37,780 bases of DNA from a virus (Duplodnaviria > Caudoviricetes), in IMG/VR virus record IMGVR_UViG_3300027790_000053, positions 1 to 37,780 of that record. One strand, 5' to 3'. The notes beneath the pieces were generated by a model. The model had not been told where the DNA came from. It did not search any database and saw only the letters and a program-made list of their open reading frames with translations. Of this stretch, positions 1 through 9,563 are shown piece by piece (within the stretch, counting starts at the first letter, position 1; each line of letters begins with the position of its first letter). The translations under genes and the position numbers were made by a program.

Positions 1-55
1 CAAGCGCGCCCCAAGAAGCCCAGCCCATAGCTATATCCAAGATCTGTCCAAACAT
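1..55 (-). CDS. N-terminus of a hydrophobic protein running off the window edge (possible spanin/lysis gene)
   Basis: ATG at 55-53 directly after the stop of the holin-like gene; reads MFGQILDIAMGWASWGAL with no stop before the edge. Confidence 0.4.
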   Translation of the reverse strand, partial: MFGQILDIAMGWASWGAL

Positions 56-56
56 C

Positions 57-281
57 CTAGTCCCCTTCCGGCGTGCTTCGTGTGTCTTCGTACACAGCGC
101 CACCAAAGTAAGTGCCTAGCACTACCGAGACTACGGTAGCCATAGTGGGCAGCACTGCCTGTGTCATTTCAACGCCCTGCGTCATGGCATAGATACTCAT
201 AGCTGCGCAGAATAGCAACACACTGATAGCTAGTCTACGCCTGAATCTCCAAGGGCGCCCCTGTAGGTTACGATCCTCCAT
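57..281 (-). CDS. Holin-like small membrane protein
   Basis: 74 aa; basic N-terminus (WRFRRRL), two hydrophobic helices, 'GTYFGGAVYED' C-terminal pattern typical of small phage holins. Confidence 0.55.
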   Translation of the reverse strand: MEDRNLQGRPWRFRRRLAISVLLFCAAMSIYAMTQGVEMTQAVLPTMATVVSVVLGTYFGGAVYEDTRSTPEGD

Positions 282-330
282 GCCCCAAGTTTACACTATG
301 GCAGGCATGCCCTGTAACCTTTCAGGCACA

Positions 331-723
331 TTAGCTAATGCTGTGAAAAATCTTCGCAAAGGCCCGTACTTCAGGTGCAAATAGGCCGATCCACATCCAC
401 TTGTTGACTAGGTACGATAGGGCCATAATAGTTAGTATCATACAGGGGCTTACACAACCCACAGTAAGGAAGAACTTAATTTGTGCTTCAGAGCCATACT
501 CGTCCGCCTTAAGGGCATCTCTAAAAGACTTCACAGCCCTCTTTGCTAAAAAGGCCATGATAATAGCAAGCACTAGGAATACAAGGGCGATTACTAATTC
601 TGCTACGCTTTCAGCGAAGGACATAGCAACGAGCCTATTCCACGCCTGCTCAGTTAAAGGCTCTACGCTTCTGCCTATAGCCTCTAAGAATTCTAGTAGG
701 CTGTTCTCAGTTTCCTGGTTCAT
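331..723 (-). CDS. Hypothetical membrane protein
   Basis: 130 aa, two TM segments, AAGGAG RBS upstream of the ATG. Confidence 0.7.
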   Translation of the reverse strand: MNQETENSLLEFLEAIGRSVEPLTEQAWNRLVAMSFAESVAELVIALVFLVLAIIMAFLAKRAVKSFRDALKADEYGSEAQIKFFLTVGCVSPCMILTIMALSYLVNKWMWIGLFAPEVRAFAKIFHSIS

Positions 724-735
724 CTCAAGTCTCCT

Positions 736-2568
736 TTAGTGAGTTTCTGCCCAGTTCTGCCCTGTCTTGTACTCGCCTGCCAGGGGACACTTGGACCCCA
801 AGGCTTCCCCAGCCTTCTCGAACAAACCATTGATGTGCTTGCCTAGCATATCTGCATGCTTCTTGGCTACTTCAATCTGCAGCTCATCGTGAATACAATT
901 CCTTTGCCAGAAGGGGATACCCTTGGCCATCATATCCCTGTGATACTCCCGCATAACCCACGCCATGACTATGCGCTCAAAGCTCTGTAGCCCTGTGGAC
1001 AGGCTGAGGTGGGCGCTGGGGATGTGTATGCGGCGTCCGTCCAGGGCCACAAAGGCACTGCCCTCAGCATAGCCCTCGAAGGTCTCTTTGACTTTCCCAA
1101 GGAAAGGCATGCGGTCAAGGAAGATTTTCATAGAGTGTTTTCCCTGCCTTACGTCACCCCCTAGGACGCTCCCTAGCTTCACAGGGCCTGCGTTGAGTAG
1201 CCACGCATAGATCCATGTCTTCGCGGCGTTCCTGGAGCATCCTAGGGCCTCTGCGTGGACACTGTGGATGTCACCGTAGCAGACCTTCTTGGTGTACTCA
1301 GCATCATCCGCATAGTGGGCCAGAGCTCTTAGCTGGATACTTGAAGCGTCACAACCTAAAAGGGTATTAACTTCGGGATGTTCTACTGTCCAGCATTCTC
1401 GGCACTCTTTGCCGTATATAGAGCCTACACGGGGCACATTGCCCATGTTTGGCGCCCTATGTCCCATTCGGTGCGTTCTCGCTCCTAGGGTAATAACCTG
1501 TCCGTGGACATAGCCTTGGTCATCCTTGAGATCCAGCCATTGCTTTACTGTGCGCATGCGAGAGGCCACCATTAGATACTCGCCTAGTAGCTTGGCTTCC
1601 TTGGGGATGTCCTTGGGGGCATGCTTGAGGCTGTTCTCTGTGAACTTGGGGGCGCCGGTAGCTGTGCGCTCTGTAGGCTTCCACCCCAAGGCCACAAGGC
1701 GATCTACCCTTTGCTTGGGGCTATCAAGATTAAAGGAGGCAAAGGTTATCCTTGAGTAAGGACCTGCCAGTATCTCGTCAGGCGTTGCGTAGTAGCCCTC
1801 AGGCATCAGGGCATCACACTGGGCCTCGAAGTAGCGCGTGTCTACCGTGTGCCATGTCCCATCCTTCTTCTCCCTTGGGATAACCTCAGAGATAAGCTTG
1901 GCTTGAGTGGGGAAGGCACCCTGTATCTTCTCGGTTAGCTCTGCATGCTTCTGTGACAGCAGGGCGTAGAGTCTGGGGGTCTTTTCGGGGTCCAGGTAGA
2001 ACCCGTTGTCGGCCTGTCTTAGCATGATCCACTGCACTGCCTGCTCTAGCTCCAGGCATTCCCAAGGTGTCCCCATCTTCTCTCGTACCTGACATAGGTA
2101 TTTGTATATTTTCTTTTGAATGATAGTGTCTTGGTAGCATCTCCAAAGCATATCCCAAGAGAACCTGGACCAGTCCTCGTGGGTAGGCTTGGCTACACCA
2201 AACTGTTCACCATAGGCCGCTACACTATGCTTGCTTCGTTCTATCAAGAGAAGCCGGGATAGAATCAAAGTATCCACAGTTTCATCCAAGGGTATTTGAA
2301 GCCCTAAAATTTTCTTGAGTGCCCTGACATCAAAAGCAATCCCGTTGTGCATGATCCACCTGTTGATGCTCTTGCCCCACGCAGGGAGATCAGAGACCTG
2401 CTTCAGAGTGAACTCTGGTGTCTTGAATATCTTGGGGATTTCATGTGCTTGGAATTGCTTAGGTAGAAAAAGGACAGCCTTGTTACTCTCCGTATCCAAA
2501 GCAACAGCGCAGTGGATCTTGGTGTAGTCAAGGCCATCTGTTTCTACGTCAAGGATGCAGGATGACAT
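736..2568 (-). CDS. polA: Family A (T7-like) DNA polymerase with 3'-5' exonuclease
   Basis: ExoI DVETDG, ExoII HNGIAFD, ExoIII CYQD; 'GARTHRM..PNMGNVP', motif A GCDASSIQLR, motif B RNAAKTWIYA, motif C IHDE, C-terminal GQNWAETH. Confidence 0.97.
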   Translation of the reverse strand: MSSCILDVETDGLDYTKIHCAVALDTESNKAVLFLPKQFQAHEIPKIFKTPEFTLKQVSDLPAWGKSINRWIMHNGIAFDVRALKKILGLQIPLDETVDTLILSRLLLIERSKHSVAAYGEQFGVAKPTHEDWSRFSWDMLWRCYQDTIIQKKIYKYLCQVREKMGTPWECLELEQAVQWIMLRQADNGFYLDPEKTPRLYALLSQKHAELTEKIQGAFPTQAKLISEVIPREKKDGTWHTVDTRYFEAQCDALMPEGYYATPDEILAGPYSRITFASFNLDSPKQRVDRLVALGWKPTERTATGAPKFTENSLKHAPKDIPKEAKLLGEYLMVASRMRTVKQWLDLKDDQGYVHGQVITLGARTHRMGHRAPNMGNVPRVGSIYGKECRECWTVEHPEVNTLLGCDASSIQLRALAHYADDAEYTKKVCYGDIHSVHAEALGCSRNAAKTWIYAWLLNAGPVKLGSVLGGDVRQGKHSMKIFLDRMPFLGKVKETFEGYAEGSAFVALDGRRIHIPSAHLSLSTGLQSFERIVMAWVMREYHRDMMAKGIPFWQRNCIHDELQIEVAKKHADMLGKHINGLFEKAGEALGSKCPLAGEYKTGQNWAETH

Positions 2569-2570
2569 GC

Positions 2571-3026
2571 TTAGCTACTCCAAGTGAGCCCATCTCCGTC
2601 TGTGGTCAATGTGAGCCTCATAGGGGTAAGAGTCTCTCCTGCTATTGATGTTGGCACTGCGGTCCACTTGGCTACTTCCGGGTTGTCCCAGAGTTCTTCA
2701 CGTAGCGCATCTGTAACACGGATAGTATTGAGTTTTAGCTTAGCGTGCATTTCGTGCTGGAGCCTATTCGCTATGAGGCGTCGAATACGCTTGGTTCCTT
2801 CCTCTTGTTTAGCCCTACGGGGTGCGAGCCATTTCTTGTCTATGATCTCGTAAATACCTTGACCCGCGAAGTACCCGCCTAGCATCATTCCGGCCCAAAA
2901 TAGGATAAGTACAGGGATAACAAAAATAAGGGCAAGGGGCCTGATGTCCAAGATCGCTCCAGCGATTCCTGTAATAAGCCATGCAGGCAGTAGAACAGCA
3001 CCTAGAATTTGAAAAGTGAGTTTCAT
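2571..3026 (-). CDS. Hypothetical membrane protein
   Basis: 151 aa, two N-terminal TM helices; abuts the polymerase gene; GAGGA RBS. Confidence 0.7.
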   Translation of the reverse strand: MKLTFQILGAVLLPAWLITGIAGAILDIRPLALIFVIPVLILFWAGMMLGGYFAGQGIYEIIDKKWLAPRRAKQEEGTKRIRRLIANRLQHEMHAKLKLNTIRVTDALREELWDNPEVAKWTAVPTSIAGETLTPMRLTLTTDGDGLTWSS

Positions 3027-3202
3027 AGCGTTTCCTCGACGGTCTCTTCTGTGAAATCTGTAAGGGGACGTAGGAATTCCAGGTTTACTCCGGGAGTAAC
3101 TTGTCTCTTGACATAAAAAGGATGAAGGGTGCCTTCTGTTTTGGACAGAGCTAGAATAACTGTGTAGATTACAAATTCACGATCATGCCAAGCATGTCTC
3201 AT
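3023..3202 (-). CDS. Small hypothetical protein (59 aa, not in ORF track)
   Basis: MRHAWHDREFVIYTVILALSK...EETVEETL*; ATGA overlap with the next gene; GGAGG upstream. Confidence 0.6.
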   Translation of the reverse strand: MRHAWHDREFVIYTVILALSKTEGTLHPFYVKRQVTPGVNLEFLRPLTDFTEETVEETL

Positions 3203-3203
3203 A

Positions 3204-3238
3204 AGAAAAGGGCCTCCAAGCTATTCATGGAGACCCTT
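3204..3238 (-). terminator. Putative intrinsic terminator
   Basis: Minus strand GGGTCTCCA-9nt-TGGAGGCCC followed by TTTTCTT. Confidence 0.5.
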
Positions 3239-3266
3239 TGTACGCAACGATACTTACCGTTGTCAA
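3237..3266 (-). promoter_or_regulatory. Putative sigma70-type promoter
   Basis: TTGACA (3266-3261), 18-nt spacer, TACAAA in an intergenic gap. Confidence 0.55.
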
Positions 3267-3270
3267 GCGC

Positions 3271-3642
3271 TTAGTCTTCTACCCTACGATAGCCCTCTGG
3301 TGAGTATTCCCGTTGACGGCGAATCTTGTAGAGGCCAGGGTTAAGAAGCACAGGCTCATGCGTGTCAAAGCTACGCTCGTGTACGAGGGGCGTAGGCTTC
3401 TCCACCTTCAGCAGAGCATTGAAGGCATCGTCAGGGTCTGTGAAGTACGAAGTGTCTTCACGTTCAATGACATGGTGGTGCCCGGTTTCACTGTGGGCAA
3501 CAATATGGGTCCTGCCTTCAGGTGTTTGCTCCTGGAAGTTCTCAGGGATTTCGGTGAGAGCCACCTTGTTCCCTCCGTGTACTGTGTCAACACGGATGAT
3601 CATCATGTCACCCTGTGCTGCCATATTCTCGAAAGTTTTCAT
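3271..3642 (-). CDS. His-rich partner protein of DUF6745-like gene
   Basis: AAQGD...AHSETGHHH...H....THEPVLLNPGLYKIRRQREY, the conserved pattern of small proteins encoded beside DUF6745. Confidence 0.8.
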   Translation of the reverse strand: MKTFENMAAQGDMMIIRVDTVHGGNKVALTEIPENFQEQTPEGRTHIVAHSETGHHHVIEREDTSYFTDPDDAFNALLKVEKPTPLVHERSFDTHEPVLLNPGLYKIRRQREYSPEGYRRVED

Positions 3643-3653
3643 TGTTCTACCTT

Positions 3654-3700
3654 TCTTAGCTAAGAGATCCTTGGTACCACAAAGAGTTTCCTCGTGTCAA
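3654..3700 (-). promoter_or_regulatory. Putative sigma70 promoter with downstream 12-bp palindrome
   Basis: TTGACA (3700-3695), 18 nt, TACCAA (3676-3671); TCTTAGCTAAGA at 3654-3665 just before the AAAGG RBS. Confidence 0.55.
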
Positions 3701-4567
3701 TCAGGTCCTGACTTCGGGCATGAGTTCATCAGGGTTCATCCCATACGTCCAGGCATTGGCCTCGATGGCCGTCTTCATATTGTTTGGCACAGGCAAAGCA
3801 AACTCTCTGCCAGTACCACAGAGCACCCTAAGAAAGCGCTCTTTGCCAATCTCAGGGATATCCACTTCGAGAAGCTCGCCTATCTCCGGGTCAGCATCCT
3901 TGTTAATGATCTTGGCCTTGAGCTCTTTGAGAACATTGTGCCATCCCTTGAGTTCACAAGCCGCTCTGCGCTGCTCAATGTTTTGCCAAGTGAGACACAT
4001 CTGAGGCGTCAAGGCTTCAGGGTTTTCAATCCATTCACCTGGAATACGCACGCCATGCCAGCTATAAACCTTGAAGCCGTCACGGTACTCAATAGCTGAG
4101 CCTGTCTCAGCGTGTAAGCGGTTCTCGTTATCCATCTTGATAAACAAAGGGCGCTCTTGCAAGTACACACAGTCATCTATGGCAGTCCACCAGCCGCATG
4201 ACATCACTACGTCAGCCATCAGGTCAATCTGGTCAATGTCTTTTATCCCAAGGACATCCTTGTAGAACTTGTAGAGGGCAACCCACTCGACTTCCATAGA
4301 GCCGCAAAGAGTATGAGACAAGAACTCCGAGGAATCCATGTTCTTGTTGTGCCGCTTCTTTACCAAGTCAAAGGCAGCCTTGGGCCCATCACAGTAAAAG
4401 AACTTGGGCTTCTTGAACTTGAGGTACTTGAAGAAGGCCAAGAGAGAAGCCTCGGCTTTCTCCCTGTTGATAAGCTCAGTGGAAAGCCCAATGGCAATCC
4501 ACTTCTCATTCCACGCAGGGATTAAATCAAGTTGTTCTTGTGTAAGCTCGGTGATTTTCTGTGTCAT
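3701..4567 (-). CDS. DUF6745-like protein
   Basis: SCGWW....ERP..IKMDNENRLHAETGSAIEYRDGFKVYSWHGVRIP, NIEQRRAA, V.CGTGREFAL.VP....A.EANAWTYG. Confidence 0.85.
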   Translation of the reverse strand: MTQKITELTQEQLDLIPAWNEKWIAIGLSTELINREKAEASLLAFFKYLKFKKPKFFYCDGPKAAFDLVKKRHNKNMDSSEFLSHTLCGSMEVEWVALYKFYKDVLGIKDIDQIDLMADVVMSCGWWTAIDDCVYLQERPLFIKMDNENRLHAETGSAIEYRDGFKVYSWHGVRIPGEWIENPEALTPQMCLTWQNIEQRRAACELKGWHNVLKELKAKIINKDADPEIGELLEVDIPEIGKERFLRVLCGTGREFALPVPNNMKTAIEANAWTYGMNPDELMPEVRT

Positions 4568-4578
4568 AGGGACCTCCG

Positions 4579-5574
4579 TTAGCCATAGAGTCGTTCCAGC
4601 TCTGTCATCGGTATAGCATGGTTTGAAATGATGTGTCCACCCTGAAGCTTCAATTCAACAATACCCCACCACCAGCCTGTCGTAGCCTTGCTTGCATAGT
4701 CTTCTACGTGTCCCCAAGGTAAGGCACAACCTACGTTAACTATCTTGACATAGTTCTGGGGGCCTATCTTAGGCGCTCTATGCGTTCCTTCTTTATGTGT
4801 ATGCCCAAAGACAATATCAAAAGTAGCGTCATTGGCTATCGGCGCCATTGTCTTGCCGCCATAGGGTCTACCCATGATGTTCATAGGTGTGTGGATAAAT
4901 CCCACCCCTCCGATAAACTTGAACTCGCCATAAGGTGTTTCCTGGATACGGTATCGCTCCAGTATTCTTCGGTACTCCCCTGCGATCATTCCAAAGATCT
5001 CAGGGTTACGGTTTTCAAATGATTTAATTCTATCCTCATGGTTGCCCATTGTTTTAAGCCGAGGGCCTTGCCATGTGGGGCAAGCGCTATAGAGCGCGTC
5101 CATAGCCTTGTCGTAGCTATCCAGGTCCGCCTGTACCGAAGGCTTCAGCTTGCCCTCATAGGTATCATTAGCAGAGTAGCTACACAGGCTATCAAAGGTA
5201 CAGCTATCGCCTATGTCCACCACATAGTCCGGCTGGGTCTCTTCAATGTGTTTGCCTATCCATGTAAAGCGTGACTTGTCAGGAAGGCCGGGACCGTCAT
5301 GCGCATCACCGATTACCAGGACTTTCAAGAGTGGCCCTTCAGGTGGCGTCTCTGAGGTAATGGCGCGGACACGCACCACAGGGCGAGGCTGTGTTTGTAT
5401 CAAGGGAGGTAGGGATGCGCCCTGACTGGCAAGAAGCCCTTTCTTGCGCATCTCCTTTAGACGGTACTGAACTGTTCTTTGGCTAACTCCCAAGGCATCC
5501 GCTGTGAGGTCAGAGTCCTGACCACAGGCAATGTAAGCTTCCTTGGTTTGTAGCAAGGTTGCTGCCTTGGTCAA
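4579..5574 (-). CDS. Calcineurin-like metallophosphoesterase with N-terminal HTH
   Basis: GDAHD, GDSCTFDS, GNHE, GHTH metal motifs; 'TADALGVSQRTVQYRL' HTH. Confidence 0.9.
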   Translation of the reverse strand: MTKAATLLQTKEAYIACGQDSDLTADALGVSQRTVQYRLKEMRKKGLLASQGASLPPLIQTQPRPVVRVRAITSETPPEGPLLKVLVIGDAHDGPGLPDKSRFTWIGKHIEETQPDYVVDIGDSCTFDSLCSYSANDTYEGKLKPSVQADLDSYDKAMDALYSACPTWQGPRLKTMGNHEDRIKSFENRNPEIFGMIAGEYRRILERYRIQETPYGEFKFIGGVGFIHTPMNIMGRPYGGKTMAPIANDATFDIVFGHTHKEGTHRAPKIGPQNYVKIVNVGCALPWGHVEDYASKATTGWWWGIVELKLQGGHIISNHAIPMTELERLYG

Positions 5575-6497
5575 TGTGCAAACCTCTTCTGCACCGAAGG
5601 AAAGATCGTGTTGTTCTTGGTGTGCTCTACGATATTACCGCCGTAGGATCTCTGAGGGTCCATGCCATAGAACCTTACCTCCAAGTCAGAGAGCTGCATG
5701 TTCTGCAGCGTAGCCTCTATGTCCTGTGCCTGCGCAATAAGCTCTCCCGTTGACCAGAAAGAAAACCTGTCTCTCTTATCAGCGGGGTTGAATACCTCAA
5801 CGTACTTGGGCTTCTCCTTCTGCTTACCTTCGGCAGGACCTGCCATCACAGTGATATCTCTTTGATCTTCAGGGGGAGGGCCCGCAAGCGAGCAATCATA
5901 GCCTATGCACTTGGCCTTGCGGTAGCCGAGGTGATGCACCAGGGAGATAGCACGCATGGCACTGCTTGTCCCCCCTGCGATAGTAATAGCGGACTTCATG
6001 ACTTGCTTTTCAACAAGATCATTGATCACACTTGACGCGGCATGCCATCCGATAACTCTGTAACCCCTCATCAAGAGATACTCGGTAACACTTGGATGCG
6101 TCATGGACGCAATCATCATGATGGTCTCTCGGGGCGCCGCTGCGTAAAGGTCTTCGCGCACTATGTCATGCGTAGAAGTACCCTTGATATCCCTTGGGTC
6201 CAAGGCAACACAAAAGTTGGGAACGATACCCGCCTTGGCAAGCTGAGGTAGTGCATGCTTGATGCAGAATATCCCGTAGGAGTCTTTTGGAAGCCCTAAA
6301 AAATACTCCTTGGTGAACATGCTGTTCGTAGCGAAGTCAAGGGAATGCCCCGCAGAAAAAAGCCAAGCGGTTCCCTCGTTAACACGGCAAGGGCCAGCCC
6401 ACTCCTTGATCAACTTAAGGTTCTGCAAGATGTTTTCCTGTAAAGCTTCCTGAGGGATGCAGTCAACGGGTTTAATTTTTATTGCTTGTGCAGCCAT
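5571..6497 (-). CDS. DUF115 / Maf-like (MptE-like) putative glycosyltransferase
   Basis: SAGHSL, 'K.A...L.KAGIVPNFCVALDP', 'ASMTHP', 'GGTSSAMRAISL..HLGYRK...IGYD' match the DUF115/Maf pattern. Confidence 0.75.
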   Translation of the reverse strand: MAAQAIKIKPVDCIPQEALQENILQNLKLIKEWAGPCRVNEGTAWLFSAGHSLDFATNSMFTKEYFLGLPKDSYGIFCIKHALPQLAKAGIVPNFCVALDPRDIKGTSTHDIVREDLYAAAPRETIMMIASMTHPSVTEYLLMRGYRVIGWHAASSVINDLVEKQVMKSAITIAGGTSSAMRAISLVHHLGYRKAKCIGYDCSLAGPPPEDQRDITVMAGPAEGKQKEKPKYVEVFNPADKRDRFSFWSTGELIAQAQDIEATLQNMQLSDLEVRFYGMDPQRSYGGNIVEHTKNNTIFPSVQKRFAH

Positions 6498-6498
6498 G

Positions 6499-7017
6499 TT
6501 ATTCTACATGCCCCCAATTTAATCTGTTGACTATGCTCGACACGCTTTGCTGCGGCATCTTGAATATTTTTGCGATCTCTTTTTGAGTCTTGCCCTCAGA
6601 GTAAAGATTCCGAATCTCCCTTATATCATCCTCAGTTCTCTTAGACTTGACATGCGCAGAGCCCCTTGGGTGTGTCCCGTGCTTAATTTTGTCCGCCATG
6701 TTTTCTTTCGGGGTCGCCCACCTAAGATTTTCAGGACAGTTATTCTGTGGGTTTCTATCTGCATGAGCAGCCTCATATTGCCCCCTAGGCGGAACACCGT
6801 GGAAGGCAAGGCAGACGAGTCTATTAACTCTCTGGAGCCTGTGCTCATCTAAATCGTTAGTCATACCGAACACTAAATAACCATCCTTTCTTAAGTACCC
6901 TGTCATAACCTTGTCTGAAGGATTTCCCTTATGTGTTTTTATCCTCTTTATACGGCCCAAGCTGCTTACTTGGTAGCGAGAGAACCCAGGGATATCCTTC
7001 CAAATCTCTTGAGACAT
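6499..7017 (-). mobile_element. Free-standing NUMOD4-HNH homing endonuclease gene
   Basis: EIWKDIPGF..YQVSSLGRI (NUMOD4), RLVCLAFHG...AAHADRNPQNN..NLRWATPKEN (HNH), C-terminal HTH. Confidence 0.9.
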
Positions 7018-7021
7018 GTCC

Positions 7022-7759
7022 TTACTCCTTCCAGTGTTCTTCTATCCAGGGATACGCATCCTGGAACTTCTTCATGGACATATCTCGGCGCATACCGTTG
7101 AAGCAAATGATGCGGGCGTTCTCAGGAAGTCTCGGCAAGCCTTCGATATTCCAGAAGTCATAGATACCATCTTCCCAAGACCAACACGGGTGTTTGCCTT
7201 CGCCTATGGCTGTGGTCTGCCAGCACTGATCAGAGCCAACGTACTCAGCCTCACCTAGGTCCATAGCACGTACCAAGCGTATCGTGTCCCATACCTGGTT
7301 CTCTGCTTCGGCATCCTTCATCCAAAGGGCGCCGGAGTAGGCCCTTGGGTTCTTGGAATCCCTGTAGCCCACGAAAGGCTCAGGGCGATCAAAGATCGGT
7401 GTCACATCATCAACAAGCAGCATGTCCAGATCCACGGAAACAAAGCGCGGTCCAATGGTTTCTTTCATTTCCTTGGAGAAAGCCTTTAGGCGAGCAAAAC
7501 AACGCCCCCAGTCACGCAAGTCATCCCACATGGGGATAATGCGCACCTTGGAAGCGTCGAGTTCAGAGGCCCTGTCAGTAATGACACAGAACTCATGAGG
7601 GATATGAAGGTGGCGCTTGAACCCTGCGGCTAATTTGTGGACATGATCAGGGGTCCACTCGAAGAACTCCCTGTTCTTGGCATTGGGGTTGTCCCAAAAC
7701 CATGTCACAATGCGCAAAGGATTGTCCTGAGATACTTTGTTTCCGCTATAGGTTGTCAT
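7022..7759 (-). CDS. GT-A fold glycosyltransferase
   Basis: PHEFCVITD, VSVDLD (DxD), GSDQCW, RIICFNG..D. Confidence 0.85.
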   Translation of the reverse strand: MTTYSGNKVSQDNPLRIVTWFWDNPNAKNREFFEWTPDHVHKLAAGFKRHLHIPHEFCVITDRASELDASKVRIIPMWDDLRDWGRCFARLKAFSKEMKETIGPRFVSVDLDMLLVDDVTPIFDRPEPFVGYRDSKNPRAYSGALWMKDAEAENQVWDTIRLVRAMDLGEAEYVGSDQCWQTTAIGEGKHPCWSWEDGIYDFWNIEGLPRLPENARIICFNGMRRDMSMKKFQDAYPWIEEHWKE

Positions 7760-7760
7760 C

Positions 7761-8372
7761 TTAATTCCCTGTCCCTATTGTAATTCCACGCAACAGTCCA
7801 ATACCCATAGGGCGTGCTGACTCTGCATCAATAAATTCATCTACACTACGACTAAGCTTAAGGACACTCCAGGCATGTGCTGCGCAGGGCTTCTCAAACC
7901 AATGTTTTTCTACCTGTTTTTGAATACACCTTGGGTCTATATCGTGCATTGCCACGTAAGAGCTCAGCGGTGAGTAGTTGCCCAAGTCCGCCACCACATA
8001 GGAGAAGTCATGGCAACCATCTATGAAGCACAGGTCAAAGGAATGCGGAGGGCAGAGGTCTCGTACCTTGCTGATTACCAGAGGGTCAGTTGAATCCCCT
8101 GTAACCAAGTGGATGTCTAAGCCGCCTTCGCCCTCATAGCTTTTACAGCGTTCAAGGAGCTTCTCTCTGGCAGCCTTGTTATCCCCAAGATCTACTAAGA
8201 CAACCTTGGCACCACTGGCCAAGATTTTAGTTACATACTCTAAAGACTCGCCCGCATAGCTACCAATTTCCAGGTAGGAAGTAATAGTGCCTTTCGGCAT
8301 CATGGTGCGCATGTAGTTACACATGGCCGTAATCTCTTTTGGGTTCTGGCTTTGTTTATACTTCATGGCCAC
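7761..8372 (-). CDS. Class I SAM methyltransferase (Methyltransf_24-like)
   Basis: LEIGSYAGES, GDS, FDLCFIDGCH, VAMHD. Confidence 0.88.
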   Translation of the reverse strand: MAMKYKQSQNPKEITAMCNYMRTMMPKGTITSYLEIGSYAGESLEYVTKILASGAKVVLVDLGDNKAAREKLLERCKSYEGEGGLDIHLVTGDSTDPLVISKVRDLCPPHSFDLCFIDGCHDFSYVVADLGNYSPLSSYVAMHDIDPRCIQKQVEKHWFEKPCAAHAWSVLKLSRSVDEFIDAESARPMGIGLLRGITIGTGN

Positions 8373-8376
8373 TAGG

Positions 8377-9039
8377 TCACACTCTTCTCAGGAAATAGTA
8401 AGGCTTTCGGGAACGTACTATGAAAGGCTTCCATTCTTTGTTGTCTTCAAGGAATTCTTCTGTGGCTTGCTTCGCGCCTTGCCATGTATAGTAATCGTCT
8501 ACATAGATAACCCCGTCAAGGGTAACTTGGGGAGCAACGGTCTCAAAGAGATGCCGTGTACTGTCGTAGTAGTCTACGTCAAACACAGCGAAAGCCACGC
8601 TGCCTAAGTTGTCCTTGGTGACAAGGTTTCTAACATCGCCTTTGTGCAATTTGTACAGACCTGTTTCTCCACAGAGCTCCAGAAGAGCCTTGGTAAAGGT
8701 GCTTTGGAAGTCCTCTAGGGAATATGTAAGAGTGCCGGGGGAGTAAGGCCCTTGTGTCTTGGCTTTGATCTTGATGTCTTTCTCAGGGTCGCCCTCTGGT
8801 AGCCCTTCAAAGGTATCAAAGAGATGCAAGACAGCAGAGGAAGGTTCACGGATGATAGTGCAGGCAAGGGGGACAGAAGTGAAACCTTTCCACACACCAA
8901 ACTCGAAGACATCCCCCTTGACATCCCTATCAAAGACATCTCTAAGGCCCTCGCTGAGAACCTTGATTTTCTCTATGTGAGATTCATGCGCGCCATTAGG
9001 GCGAAGAGCCTCGTATATCTCTCTCGCCCTTAGGTGCAT
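8377..9039 (-). CDS. TylF/MycF-family sugar O-methyltransferase
   Basis: GDVFEFGVWKG, LFDTFEGLP, FDVDYYDST, YVDDY..WQGAKQA. The start is likely at 9039 or 9054 rather than the ORF-track 9120. Confidence 0.88.
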   Translation of the reverse strand: MHLRAREIYEALRPNGAHESHIEKIKVLSEGLRDVFDRDVKGDVFEFGVWKGFTSVPLACTIIREPSSAVLHLFDTFEGLPEGDPEKDIKIKAKTQGPYSPGTLTYSLEDFQSTFTKALLELCGETGLYKLHKGDVRNLVTKDNLGSVAFAVFDVDYYDSTRHLFETVAPQVTLDGVIYVDDYYTWQGAKQATEEFLEDNKEWKPFIVRSRKPYYFLRRV

Positions 9040-9563
9040 AAAACCCCTAGCCATCCCTTCCTGTTGTCCACAAGTTTTTCTACGGTATATTCGTGTTCCT
9101 CCAAGCGGTCTAGCCACCATCCTCTTGGCTGAATAATCAAGTGAGCGTTGCGCCCGTCTGGCAGCTTCTTGTTAGAGGGGGCGGTAGAGATAAGAAGAAA
9201 GGCTTTCTTGGTAAAGCAGGCTTTGATATCGTCCAAGACAGGCTTGATGCTGTCAGGCTCCACATGCTCCAACACATCCAGACAGGCAAGATAGTCAAAA
9301 GGGTACCCTTCGCGCTTGGATGGGTGCTCCTCGAAAGCTTTCAGGGCAGGGTCGTAGTTGATAACAGTGATATCACGCTTGGCAAATTCTCTGTGAAGAG
9401 AAGCCTTACCACAGCCGTAGTCCAGGAGCGTATCCCCTGCTTTGAGGTCTAGGGAGAACTCTACGTTAGCAGCCTGTCGGTACGCCTTGGAGCCAAACAA
9501 AGGATCTCTTGAGTGGAGATTAGAGTTCATCTCCTGGTATTCCTTGGTAATCAAGGTGCTCAA
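9030..9563 (-). CDS. Class I SAM methyltransferase
   Basis: LLDYGCGK, YDP, CLDVLEHVEP, LPDGRNAHL. Confidence 0.9.
   Translation of the reverse strand: MSTLITKEYQEMNSNLHSRDPLFGSKAYRQAANVEFSLDLKAGDTLLDYGCGKASLHREFAKRDITVINYDPALKAFEEHPSKREGYPFDYLACLDVLEHVEPDSIKPVLDDIKACFTKKAFLLISTAPSNKKLPDGRNAHLIIQPRGWWLDRLEEHEYTVEKLVDNRKGWLGVLCT

Noticed and set aside
736-2568. DpoZ / 2-aminoadenine genome
   Set aside because: No purZ or datZ-like gene in the window, and helix O keeps Tyr at the 762 position.
3362-4099. Long plus-strand ORF (245 aa) and similar antisense ORFs such as 26521-27153 and 17470-17937
   Set aside because: They shadow well-supported minus-strand genes and show no motifs or RBS.
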